From IMG/VR virus record IMGVR_UViG_3300036715_000626, positions 62,001 to 126,000 of that record: a stretch of DNA of 64,000 nucleotides; one strand, written 5' to 3'. The translations under genes and the position numbers were made by a program. Below, piece after piece: positions 17,511 to 26,874 of the stretch; within the stretch, counting starts at the first letter, position 1; every line of letters starts with the position of its first letter. The notes under the pieces are model-generated. The model did no database searches, was not told the origin of the DNA, and saw only the letters and a list, made by a program, of their open reading frames with translations.

Positions 17511-17710
17511 CTAGGTAGTTGATGTATGTATGCACTATTATAACCTATACGACATGAGTCAGACTTATTCTGACGTTGGCAGGTAACACAGGCAGGCAAG
17601 CAAGATAACTTACACTAGATAACTAACTCGGCATACATATATTAATTACTTAGTAATAGATAACCTATCTCTTGTAGAGATAGGGGACGAGGGGCGTAAG
17701 CCCCGAGTCC
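17511..17710 (+). ncRNA. candidate structured ncRNA in the strand-switch region
   Basis: 23-bp helix 17511-17533/17631-17653 whose four non-WC pairs are all G.U; two following hairpins, one with a GTAA (GNRA) loop. Confidence 0.55.
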
Positions 17711-17865
17711 TTAAATAAATAAATAAATAATCACTAATATAGATATTTATTAATTTTATATAAAAGTTACATAAAGGATTAATCGTGATAATAACAGGAA
17801 TATTAGTATCTAAAAAATAAAAATACTAAATAAACAATTTAGTAGACACTAACAAAGGAAATACC

Positions 17866-18306
17866 ATGTTTAACATTATACGTTTATTTATCAATTCTTT
17901 AAAGATAACTTACCTAGATCTTATATTCTATTATAAGCTACAAAGTATTCTTAAACAATTGGTAAACATCAAGATACCTATCAGAACTGTTCATTACGAT
18001 AAGAGAACTAAAGCTATTGTACTAACACATGTTAATTATGGTTCTAATTGTGTAATACTTCATAGGATTAAAACGAATAACCTTTATGGTAAGTACCGAT
18101 ACAATCCTAATAAACCTCATAGTGAAACTATCCTTACCTTAAGAGAAGCTTATAGGTTGTTATTTTTATATTACTCAGAAGGAGCTCCTATTCTAAAAGG
18201 ATTAGATTTTGCTTCTTTACGAGTTATTGAATTACGTATTGAAAAGATCGTCAAAGCAAATAACCAAATGAGGTTTACAGACACATCAAGATTTCATAAA
18301 GGTTAA
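17866..18306 (+). CDS. hypothetical protein
   Basis: 146 aa, AAAGGA RBS. Confidence 0.65.
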   Translation: MFNIIRLFINSLKITYLDLIFYYKLQSILKQLVNIKIPIRTVHYDKRTKAIVLTHVNYGSNCVILHRIKTNNLYGKYRYNPNKPHSETILTLREAYRLLFLYYSEGAPILKGLDFASLRVIELRIEKIVKANNQMRFTDTSRFHKG

Positions 18307-18308
18307 TA

Positions 18309-18827
18309 ATGAAACAGAGACCATTCCATGTTATAGCTAGTATAGCTAATTATAACAAACTAACTGGTTTAGGTTATAACCATGTAAGCGGTAAAAGAAA
18401 GATAGGCGGGTTTAATTTTAAGTATTTTTCCGTAGTTGGTAATGAATTTTTTAATACGGATAACCCTTATGGTCTTAGATACGATATAGTGGATAAAAAG
18501 TTTGAGTTAACAATCTTTCCTAAACCACGAATAGTATGTTTATGCGGTAGTACTAGATACCCAGAGTTATTTAAAGAAGCTGAGCGCACAGAAGCGTTAA
18601 AAGGCAACATTGTAGTTACCGTAGCCATGTTTGGACATACAGAGGGTTTAGACATGCTTAGCGAGGATAAAATGAAGTTTGATATACTTCACTATCGTAA
18701 GATAGAAATCGCTGATGAAATATTTGTTTTAACTAAGGATAAATACATCGGTGAATCTACCAATAATGAAATCTTATATGCTAAGTCCCTTAGTAAGAAA
18801 ATTCGATACCTAGAAGAGATGGAGTGA
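18309..18827 (+). CDS. nucleoside 2-deoxyribosyltransferase-like domain protein with N-terminal extension
   Basis: IVCLCGSTR...KI..ADEIFV...YIGEST..EI.YA...K.IRY pattern. Confidence 0.65.
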   Translation: MKQRPFHVIASIANYNKLTGLGYNHVSGKRKIGGFNFKYFSVVGNEFFNTDNPYGLRYDIVDKKFELTIFPKPRIVCLCGSTRYPELFKEAERTEALKGNIVVTVAMFGHTEGLDMLSEDKMKFDILHYRKIEIADEIFVLTKDKYIGESTNNEILYAKSLSKKIRYLEEME

Positions 18828-19141
18828 TTATGGATAATCTTTATATTGGGTTATTTCTATTAGTATGTTTTGCAATGGTAATGATGTTTATTTGGTTGTT
18901 GATAGGGTTGTTCCACGAAAGCTTACCAGCGAGTGTAACTTGTGATCTACTAAACTACCATAGTGAAATAGAAGACGTTAATTACGATGACCTGGATGCG
19001 GATAAAACATCAGATGTAATAGGGCGGTGTGTAAAGTGTAAAAGACTTATTGAAGTCGGTCCAGATGGTACTTGGATTAAAGTTTCTGCTGAGTTAGAAA
19101 AAGCATGGCTAAAAGATCTTAAAGAAGAACAGAAAGAGTAA
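18824..19141 (+). CDS. single-pass membrane protein with a Cys/His motif
   Basis: Hydrophobic N-terminus; C....H and CxxC. Confidence 0.65.
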   Translation: MIMDNLYIGLFLLVCFAMVMMFIWLLIGLFHESLPASVTCDLLNYHSEIEDVNYDDLDADKTSDVIGRCVKCKRLIEVGPDGTWIKVSAELEKAWLKDLKEEQKE

Positions 19142-19142
19142 T

Positions 19143-19170
19143 ACTACAGTACCCAATTGGGTACTGTAGT
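19143..19170. terminator. bidirectional terminator
   Basis: Perfect 28-bp palindrome between convergent genes. Confidence 0.7.
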
Positions 19171-19173
19171 TAG

Positions 19174-19494
19174 TTATTTTTTAATTATCAAAGAACCTAA
19201 GTCCGGAGTAGCAACATTATTCACATATGATGTTCCGTAACATACTTCAAGAGCTCGTTTTTGTAAAACAACACATTCGAGTAATCTTTGTGTTGGAGTG
19301 TATCCTTCACCTTTAAAGTTACAGGTAACGTTTTGATCAGGACAAGGAACTGGGCGATCAACGTACTGTGTTTTATACTGTATTGTTACCTGTGGCGGTG
19401 GACATGGCTTACATGGTTCTGGAGAATCAAAGATGCATCCAGCAAAATACAAACCAGCGAATACCAACATAATTAAACTAAATATCTTTTTCAT
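19174..19494 (-). CDS. outer-membrane spanin (Rz1-like lipoprotein)
   Basis: Signal peptide with FAGC lipobox; Pro/Cys-rich; overlaps the upstream membrane gene. Confidence 0.7.
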   Translation of the reverse strand: MKKIFSLIMLVFAGLYFAGCIFDSPEPCKPCPPPQVTIQYKTQYVDRPVPCPDQNVTCNFKGEGYTPTQRLLECVVLQKRALEVCYGTSYVNNVATPDLGSLIIKK

Positions 19495-19945
19495 AGTTTA
19501 ACTCCGATATGGATTTATTAAATTGTAGTATTTCTTCCAGCGAAGTTGGTTTGCTACCATTAGTATCTAATAAACCTTCTACTGGTTGTGTGTACTTACC
19601 ATTACCGTTCTTCTTTTTCCAAGCTTCAAAATTAGCAACCGCATCGGTATAGTTTTTACTCAACTGTCCGATATACTGGTTGTTATCGTCAATAGCTTTT
19701 TGTAATGTATTGACATTACCTTCTGATAGCGCTAGTTGTAACTTTTGTGTGTTTATAGTATTAGCATCAGTATAGATCGTTTTATTCATATCTACAATGA
19801 CTGCATCTCTATCAGTGACTTGTTTTTCCAGAGTATTGATAGTGTGGTTTACTTTGTACACACCATACCCAATTACCGCGGTGATCGCTACACCTATGAC
19901 AAAATAAATTGTCAACTTATACGTTTCAAACCAACCATTAAACAT
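19478..19945 (-). CDS. inner-membrane spanin (Rz-like)
   Basis: N-terminal TM helix followed by a periplasmic coiled coil. Confidence 0.7.
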   Translation of the reverse strand: MFNGWFETYKLTIYFVIGVAITAVIGYGVYKVNHTINTLEKQVTDRDAVIVDMNKTIYTDANTINTQKLQLALSEGNVNTLQKAIDDNNQYIGQLSKNYTDAVANFEAWKKKNGNGKYTQPVEGLLDTNGSKPTSLEEILQFNKSISELNYEKDI

Positions 19946-20008
19946 GGGCAGACCTTTGTGTTGAATTTCAAATAATCAAGTTATTTGAATATTTCATAAA
20001 GGATAGTT

Positions 20009-21862
20009 ATGGTAGTCCTAAAATTAAAACCGTGGGAACCTATAAACGGGCTCGTGCATGAATCTACCACATGGCAGATAGCATCTGACTTAGGGTTTAC
20101 AAATATACTCGATAGTTTATTAACAAGTACAGAACATCTTACTGATTTTACAAGTACTGTTGAAGTTCCTCCTAATACTGTTTACTACAGTAGAGCTAAA
20201 CGATTTTTTACTAATGGAACGAGCGCTAGTTGGACAAATACTGAAAAACTAGTTAGTAAAAGTTTCATGTCTAATATCGTAACTTCTAAAAAGATAGTTA
20301 TCGATAAACCAATTGTTATTGTCGACAAAGCGAGTTTAGACCCATCAAGTGATAACATAGTCGTGCGTACATCATCTTTTAAAGGTGAGTATACCGATCA
20401 TATCAGTACCCATTGGATTATTACCAACGATAACGGAGAAGTGTGTTATAAGAGTATTAACGATACTGTTAATCTAACTACATTAAGTATCAATAAGTAT
20501 ATTAACAACTTAATGGATAAAAATGAGTTATTGATATTTGCTATACACAATGGTAATGAGAGTGTAGAAAGTCCTCTCGGTAAAACAAGCATATCTTTAG
20601 GTACATTTAACTATCGTATCTTAAGCAACACACAACGAGTATTGCCATATAATGACTTTGTTTTAAATATAGAAAAAATCGACGTATACGCACCTACACA
20701 TATAACAGGTATTTCGCTTATTAATCCGATTACTAATGAAGCTGTGCAAGAGCTGGTTGTTACAACTGATGATACTACTTTCACAATTCCCGGAGATGCG
20801 TTGTCTCCTTATGCTGAATTCTATTTAGATATTTACAGTATTGGTAATAATGGTATCTACAATTATAAACGCCGCTTACTTAAAACAATAGGTAGTTATC
20901 ATTCAGAAGCTGAGGATAGTGATTATGTTTACAGTAAGAGTTATGAAAGTTACGATTATACAGGAGTGAGTTCTTTAGTAAACATACCGACTAACTTCTA
21001 TACTGAAGAGTTACTAGATGGGTATTTTATATCGGCTAAAACCTTAGGTACCCGGTTATACAAATGTACTTATGATCGACTTACTAAATTGATTACTATG
21101 GGTGCTGTGTATAAGAATATCGGTTTACGGTATGGCGCTGAAGGTGCTAATGATCCAGTTAGCACTAACCATAATAATAACATATTCGTTAAACTATTTG
21201 ATACTAATTATTTACTTCTGGATAACGAAATGACATCTAACGGATCTATGTATCCAGTATTCACTATTTATAGATATCGCCCAAATACAGATGATTTTAT
21301 ATTAATCAGTAGTACACATCTACGTTCAGATGAATTTAGAGCTCTTGGATATACCAATAACTATCTACAAGAAACAGCTACCACGATATTATACATACCG
21401 TATAAGAATAATGTTATTAAACGTTTAGATTTATCTACAGGTAATATAAATATTATAACCACAACACCTTTAGATACCGATGGAGTTAATCTAATATTTG
21501 AGGTGAATAGTGACATGTACATTGTGATAGGTAGTAACACACCTAAAGCATACTACTACGAACCGAGTTCCGGAATATATACAGAAGCATTCGTAATACC
21601 TACACTCTTTAGAAATAAACATTTAAAAGCTAATAAACTTATAAATGGTGATGTCGCTATTACTATAGTAGAACCTATAGACAGTAATGATACGTATCAC
21701 GGTGTATTGTATTTTAATAAAGCAAAAAATCAAATTTCATTAATAGAAACTACTACCATGGTAGATAGCTGGTATCCTGATGTTAACATCAAATTAAAAA
21801 CAGGTGAGTTATTATTGTTAAAAGGTAATGATAGTAATTCTAAATATGCTGTATTACAATAG
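20009..21862 (+). CDS. putative virion structural protein (beta-rich, propeller-like C-terminal half)
   Basis: 617 aa directly upstream of the sheath; repeated xLxxGxxL units. Confidence 0.65.
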   Translation: MVVLKLKPWEPINGLVHESTTWQIASDLGFTNILDSLLTSTEHLTDFTSTVEVPPNTVYYSRAKRFFTNGTSASWTNTEKLVSKSFMSNIVTSKKIVIDKPIVIVDKASLDPSSDNIVVRTSSFKGEYTDHISTHWIITNDNGEVCYKSINDTVNLTTLSINKYINNLMDKNELLIFAIHNGNESVESPLGKTSISLGTFNYRILSNTQRVLPYNDFVLNIEKIDVYAPTHITGISLINPITNEAVQELVVTTDDTTFTIPGDALSPYAEFYLDIYSIGNNGIYNYKRRLLKTIGSYHSEAEDSDYVYSKSYESYDYTGVSSLVNIPTNFYTEELLDGYFISAKTLGTRLYKCTYDRLTKLITMGAVYKNIGLRYGAEGANDPVSTNHNNNIFVKLFDTNYLLLDNEMTSNGSMYPVFTIYRYRPNTDDFILISSTHLRSDEFRALGYTNNYLQETATTILYIPYKNNVIKRLDLSTGNINIITTTPLDTDGVNLIFEVNSDMYIVIGSNTPKAYYYEPSSGIYTEAFVIPTLFRNKHLKANKLINGDVAITIVEPIDSNDTYHGVLYFNKAKNQISLIETTTMVDSWYPDVNIKLKTGELLLLKGNDSNSKYAVLQ

Positions 21863-21919
21863 CATATCGTTTAAATTTTTAAGTTATTAAATGATTTAAA
21901 TATCCCGAAGGAGCAAATT

Positions 21920-24900
21920 ATGGGCTTGTTTAACAACGCATCTCCAGATGTCATTATGCTGGGAGCTAATGACCTAAGCATTAGACAGATTCCGGTATCG
22001 GATCAACCGATTCCACAACACTTACCACTTTTTTATATGTTCTCTGAAAAAGGTCCAACAAAACGTAACTTGGTAGGTGGTTCGGGTCTTACCAATCTCT
22101 ATGGTTCAAAAACTTTTGATATCAATGGTAAATACTTTAACCACCAAACACGTTTCCTACAATCTATCGCTGGTACAGGTAATACTTGTATGGTAAACCG
22201 TCTTGTACCACTTGACGCGGGTGATGAAGCTAATGCTATTATCTACGCATGTGTTCTTGATACCGCTAACAAAAATATCATTGCTCGTAACAGTGATGGG
22301 AGTTATAAAATTGATCCTAGTACCGGTAGTTATGTTATTGATGGTACTGATTCTGTTTATAGTATCACCTTTATGAAAGAGTATACTGGAGATCTTCCTA
22401 AAACTTCGCCGGTTCCAGCTGTTAGCAGTTATGCTAATGGTTTGCATTACCAAAATAACGCTGTGATGTCTTCAGGTACAACAACTGCTGGTGGCTGGTC
22501 TAAATATGGTGAGCTTCCGTTAGATACTGTCTACGCTGGGGCGTATGGTTCCGGTCAATTGAGTAAACATCAAGTTGTTGAAACTAATAGTCGTGTTTAT
22601 ATCATTGGCGGTTTTGAGCAAACTCTTAACGCGCCTAGTGATGCAATCTATTCAGCTTTGAAATACGCTGACGGTAGTATCGGAGAATTCACACTTGAAA
22701 ACTTCAAACTACCACGCGGGGTAGCAGGACATAAATGTCTTATTACAAATGGTTATTTATATGTTATCGGCGGATTATCTTCAGATACAACTTTGAACAA
22801 TGTTTATAATTATGCTATCGATGTTGATGGTACTATTATTCCTGGTACGTATACAGCGCAAGCAAATCTTCCGATACCGGCTAACGGAAGTCAAGTATTT
22901 GTTGTTGGAAGTAAGATCTATTGTGTTGGTGGTGCCGGTAATACAACAATCGCGTATGCGAGTATCGGTAGTAATGGTATCATCAGTAGTTGGTTTACCT
23001 ACACTGGAGCTGGTTACACTATCGATGGTACAAATACTTTAAAAGATGCTGGTGTGTTTGTTACCGCTAAACGCGATAACGCTACAGACGGTATTGCTTA
23101 CAAAGTGTATTTGATTGGTGGTATTAAAACTACTAATGCCGGAGTAGAGAGTCTGTCTTCTACAGTATACCAGTTGATCTTTAACGAAAATGGACAACCG
23201 CTTACATCATTGAGCGGCCAAACATTTATCAAAGCTAATACAGGTGTTTTACCAGCTACTATGGCTGCGTTCCAAATGTATGCTACTAAAGATAAGATTC
23301 ATATCTTTGGAGGGTTAACCGATGGAAATGTTGCTAATATTGAAAAAGTAAGTACTGTTGCGTATACACTTGAACTCGATGCCAATCAAGATTTCATTAT
23401 TGACTCAGTAAGCGGTACTTTGTTTAAAGCTAAAGCCGACTACGATAGTACTTATGTAGGATCCGCATATGGTCAATTGTTTGTAACAACAACCCGTATT
23501 TATGTAGTGGGTGGGTACGCAGGTACTAATTTACCTGTCAACGGTTACGCCGGTGCGTTAGTACCAACGCATGTTTACTACAACGCGGTATTCTCTACTT
23601 TGATCAATGATGGATGGTTAATTAAAACTAACTACGCGTCAGCAGTACCAATGGCTCCTAAGGTTGATATTGGTGCGGTATGCGCTAAACCTATTAAAAT
23701 GGGTAGTTCTACAGGTATAGCTTATCCTATTTTTGAATTCCGTGCTAAAGAAAAAGGTGCATATTACAATAACTTGGCATTTAGTATCTCTCCTATTCGC
23801 GGATCTGACGTTGACACCAAAGCATTACTTGCTAATAAAGCATTAGAGTATACTCTTGCATTGTACTCACGCCCGGATGTAAACAGCTCACCGTCGGTTA
23901 TTCGTAGTTTATACGGTGAAACATCGCTACCATTTACATTTAAAGAAAAAGCTATTCACCCGGTAACAGGTATTCGCTACGATCTTGAAAATGTATTTGG
24001 AAATAACTGGTACAACGAAACCGATAACTTGCTTCCGTACAAACCGTATGAGTTTGACAACATTCATGTTTACCATGATAACATTGACAAACTTTTAACT
24101 ATGTTCATGAAGCGTGAAGCTAGTTATATCGACAGTACTACTATGACATGGTACGATTTTACAACTGATAATGCTACATTGTTGGTACAAGACGAGCGTT
24201 ATCTTTTAGATATGTTTACTTGTAATTCAACATCAGGTATTCCTTACAGTACTCTTGAGTACTTTAAAGATGGTTTAGCGGAACTTACTCCGTATCAATC
24301 AGAAATCATGTTGACTTCAAATACACCGGTATTCTTATCAGGTGGATCTGATGGTAGTCTTACTAATGAGATGTTCGAACTTCTTGTTAAACAAGATCTT
24401 TTGAAATATAACGATACTGAATCAGACGTACAAGATATGGCTATAAACGTTGAGTCTATTCTTTGGGATTCAGGCTTTACAGTTCCTACAAAAATGGAAT
24501 TGGCAAACTTCATTTCATTGCGTAAAGATACTGTTCTTGCGTTGTCAACGCATGATGCATCAATGGGTAACAAAAACTATACTCTGTCACAAGAGCGCGC
24601 TATTGCAGTAGCTTTGAGATCACGTCTTAACCTTACTCCTGAATCTGAGTATTATGGAACGGGTGTAGCTCGTGCTATCATTGTTGCTGGTACTGGTAAC
24701 TTACGTGACGGATCTACCGATGAGCGTATTCCGTTGATCTACGATATCGCTATGAAATCAGCTACCATGATGGGTGCCGGTAATGGTAATTGGAAACAAG
24801 AGTTTTTGTTCGATAAAGCTCCTGGTAATATCGTTACTACTCTTACCAATATCAAACCTGACTTCATTCCGGCTGGTGTTAAACCTACGTTGTGGGCTGA

Positions 24901-25303
24901 TGGAATCGTATGGGCACAACCATTCGATAGAACACAATTCCATTTCCCTGCTATTCAAACAGTGTACTCCGATGATACATCAGTATTGAATTCATTCTTT
25001 ACAGTTATGGTATTGGCGACCTTGAATAAAATTGGTGCTGATGCATGGCGTAACTTTACTGGTTCAACTGCTCTTACTAACGGACAGTTTATCGATGCAG
25101 TTACTGCATATGTAAACAAAAAACTAGTAGATCGTTTTGCTGGTATGGTTACTGTTGTTCCTGAAGTTGTTATTACCGAAGAAGATGCCATCAGAGGCTA
25201 TAGCTGGCGGTTAGTTAACAAACTCTATGCTTCTAATATGAAAACCAAAATGGTATATAGTACAGAAGTATATAGAGCATCTGATCTCACTACGGGAGCT
25301 TAA
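21920..25303 (+). CDS. tail sheath protein (phiKZ gp29-like) with inserted Kelch domain
   Basis: PQHLPLFY..SEKGP; YPIFE..A...G; GGSDG; WDSGF; PES.YYGT..RA; much longer than gp29. Confidence 0.85.
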   Translation: MGLFNNASPDVIMLGANDLSIRQIPVSDQPIPQHLPLFYMFSEKGPTKRNLVGGSGLTNLYGSKTFDINGKYFNHQTRFLQSIAGTGNTCMVNRLVPLDAGDEANAIIYACVLDTANKNIIARNSDGSYKIDPSTGSYVIDGTDSVYSITFMKEYTGDLPKTSPVPAVSSYANGLHYQNNAVMSSGTTTAGGWSKYGELPLDTVYAGAYGSGQLSKHQVVETNSRVYIIGGFEQTLNAPSDAIYSALKYADGSIGEFTLENFKLPRGVAGHKCLITNGYLYVIGGLSSDTTLNNVYNYAIDVDGTIIPGTYTAQANLPIPANGSQVFVVGSKIYCVGGAGNTTIAYASIGSNGIISSWFTYTGAGYTIDGTNTLKDAGVFVTAKRDNATDGIAYKVYLIGGIKTTNAGVESLSSTVYQLIFNENGQPLTSLSGQTFIKANTGVLPATMAAFQMYATKDKIHIFGGLTDGNVANIEKVSTVAYTLELDANQDFIIDSVSGTLFKAKADYDSTYVGSAYGQLFVTTTRIYVVGGYAGTNLPVNGYAGALVPTHVYYNAVFSTLINDGWLIKTNYASAVPMAPKVDIGAVCAKPIKMGSSTGIAYPIFEFRAKEKGAYYNNLAFSISPIRGSDVDTKALLANKALEYTLALYSRPDVNSSPSVIRSLYGETSLPFTFKEKAIHPVTGIRYDLENVFGNNWYNETDNLLPYKPYEFDNIHVYHDNIDKLLTMFMKREASYIDSTTMTWYDFTTDNATLLVQDERYLLDMFTCNSTSGIPYSTLEYFKDGLAELTPYQSEIMLTSNTPVFLSGGSDGSLTNEMFELLVKQDLLKYNDTESDVQDMAINVESILWDSGFTVPTKMELANFISLRKDTVLALSTHDASMGNKNYTLSQERAIAVALRSRLNLTPESEYYGTGVARAIIVAGTGNLRDGSTDERIPLIYDIAMKSATMMGAGNGNWKQEFLFDKAPGNIVTTLTNIKPDFIPAGVKPTLWADGIVWAQPFDRTQFHFPAIQTVYSDDTSVLNSFFTVMVLATLNKIGADAWRNFTGSTALTNGQFIDAVTAYVNKKLVDRFAGMVTVVPEVVITEEDAIRGYSWRLVNKLYASNMKTKMVYSTEVYRASDLTTGA

Positions 25304-25336
25304 GACAAGTTCTTAAGTATATCTTAGAAAGAAAAT

Positions 25337-26212
25337 TTGGAGGAACAAATGACAGTCGCAGACGCAATTTTACAAAAGGGTAGCGTATACGCAGGACACG
25401 GTCCTGCAGCTAACTTAATCTATGGTGGTCAAAATGGCCCAATGGCAAAAATAGGTATGAAGGGACCTGACGGAAAAAACTACGATGAATGGATTTCCAA
25501 TCAAGCGTATGTCCGTCGTAACATCATTCCTATCGTTCTTCGTTATCCTAAGTTCTTTGACTTTATGCCGGATAAAGATAAATGGATTGCCACGTACAAA
25601 GCACTTATTGAACTTCACGCACTCACTATTGATGGGTTAAGTTCTGGTCTTAGTGTTGAGACTGACGAACATCCTGTCGGTGGTGCTGGTGAGATGCAAG
25701 AAGAGATTACTAACGTAACTCGTGCTCGTAGTACACTTACATTTACCTACAAAGAAAAATCTGGTAAAGCTATTCAGAAGTTCTTGGATTACCTTATTCG
25801 TTATGGGTATATGGATCCAGATGCTAAACGTCCTTTGGTATCACAATACATTACTAAAGTCGCGGATATCAGTAATATGTATACTGCTGATTACTATACT
25901 GGTACGGTTATCTTCATCGAGCCAGATATTACACAGAAACTTGTAGTTGATGCTTGGTTATGTACTAACATGTTCTTTAAAGGGAATGGTGATCGTACAG
26001 GTAAACGTGACGTACACAGCGCTGGAGAAGTTCCAGAGTACAGCATCGAATCTTCATGTATCACAATGAATAATGAAGCAGTGTTTACACTTGCTGACAG
26101 TATTCTTTCATCTCTTACTGTTCTTACTACTCTTCCTGATACAGGAATTGTTGTTCCAAGTTCAGGAGTAGATAGCGCATTAGCTGCTACTAAAACCGGA
26201 TTTAATTCATAA
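25337..26212 (+). CDS. tail tube protein (phiKZ gp30-like)
   Basis: 291 aa directly after the sheath; W.SNQAYVRRN; EPD...AWL..NMF. Confidence 0.8.
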   Translation: MEEQMTVADAILQKGSVYAGHGPAANLIYGGQNGPMAKIGMKGPDGKNYDEWISNQAYVRRNIIPIVLRYPKFFDFMPDKDKWIATYKALIELHALTIDGLSSGLSVETDEHPVGGAGEMQEEITNVTRARSTLTFTYKEKSGKAIQKFLDYLIRYGYMDPDAKRPLVSQYITKVADISNMYTADYYTGTVIFIEPDITQKLVVDAWLCTNMFFKGNGDRTGKRDVHSAGEVPEYSIESSCITMNNEAVFTLADSILSSLTVLTTLPDTGIVVPSSGVDSALAATKTGFNS

Positions 26213-26215
26213 TAT

Positions 26216-26248
26216 CATACACTACATAGCATTGCTATGTAGTGTATG
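26216..26248. terminator. bidirectional terminator
   Basis: 16-bp arms, 1-nt centre. Confidence 0.7.
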
Positions 26249-26299
26249 TATCATTTTATCGAAAAAAATAACGGAGAGAGAATATCTCTCCGAAAGCAA

Positions 26300-26743
26300 T
26301 TACTTCAGCAACGCCGCTGTAAGTTCTGCTTCAAGACCTTTGATAAAGGTTTTACCGACTTTAGCATACGGGTCAGTGATCGCGACCCGTATAGTGGATT
26401 TTGTAACATCCGGAGCATCGCCGATACCAGGATAGGTATGTGAACGATCTACGGTTACCGAAGCTCCGCCACGTTTAGATGTTGTATACGGGAACTCGGC
26501 AATAACGCGGTTAACAGATGGATTATTTTCCATCTCTGTTTTAGCAGCGTTAGCCGCGGCAGTAGTACATGCTTCGGTGTAGTCACTGATGTGGTTAAAC
26601 ACTTTTTTCAGGGTTGCTTCATCAACATCAGTTGTTGAAACAAATGCTTCCTCGTCTGTATATTTAAGAGTGACGATTCCGTCAATCTCAGTCCGGTCGA
26701 ATTTTGTAACGTCCAATGTCACAGCTGCAGCTTCTTTAGGCAT
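26300..26743 (-). CDS. hypothetical protein
   Basis: 147 aa, AAGGAG RBS, highly-expressed-type codon usage. Confidence 0.75.
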   Translation of the reverse strand: MPKEAAAVTLDVTKFDRTEIDGIVTLKYTDEEAFVSTTDVDEATLKKVFNHISDYTEACTTAAANAAKTEMENNPSVNRVIAEFPYTTSKRGGASVTVDRSHTYPGIGDAPDVTKSTIRVAITDPYAKVGKTFIKGLEAELTAALLK

Positions 26744-26803
26744 AGGAACTCCTTATAGGATTTAAATTAGAAATGTAAGTAATAGCTATTACACTCTACA
26801 TAA

Positions 26804-26812
26804 ATAATATAT
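26804..26812 (-). promoter_or_regulatory. putative early promoter
   Basis: ATATATTAT motif. Confidence 0.6.
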
Positions 26813-26874
26813 GTCCAAATTTTTTTAGAGTATCTTATTACATACTCTTTTTTTGATTATATAAAGGATACACT

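Noticed and set aside
17713-17730. TAAA tandem repeat as origin iterons
   Set aside because: Too short and expected by chance in very AT-rich DNA
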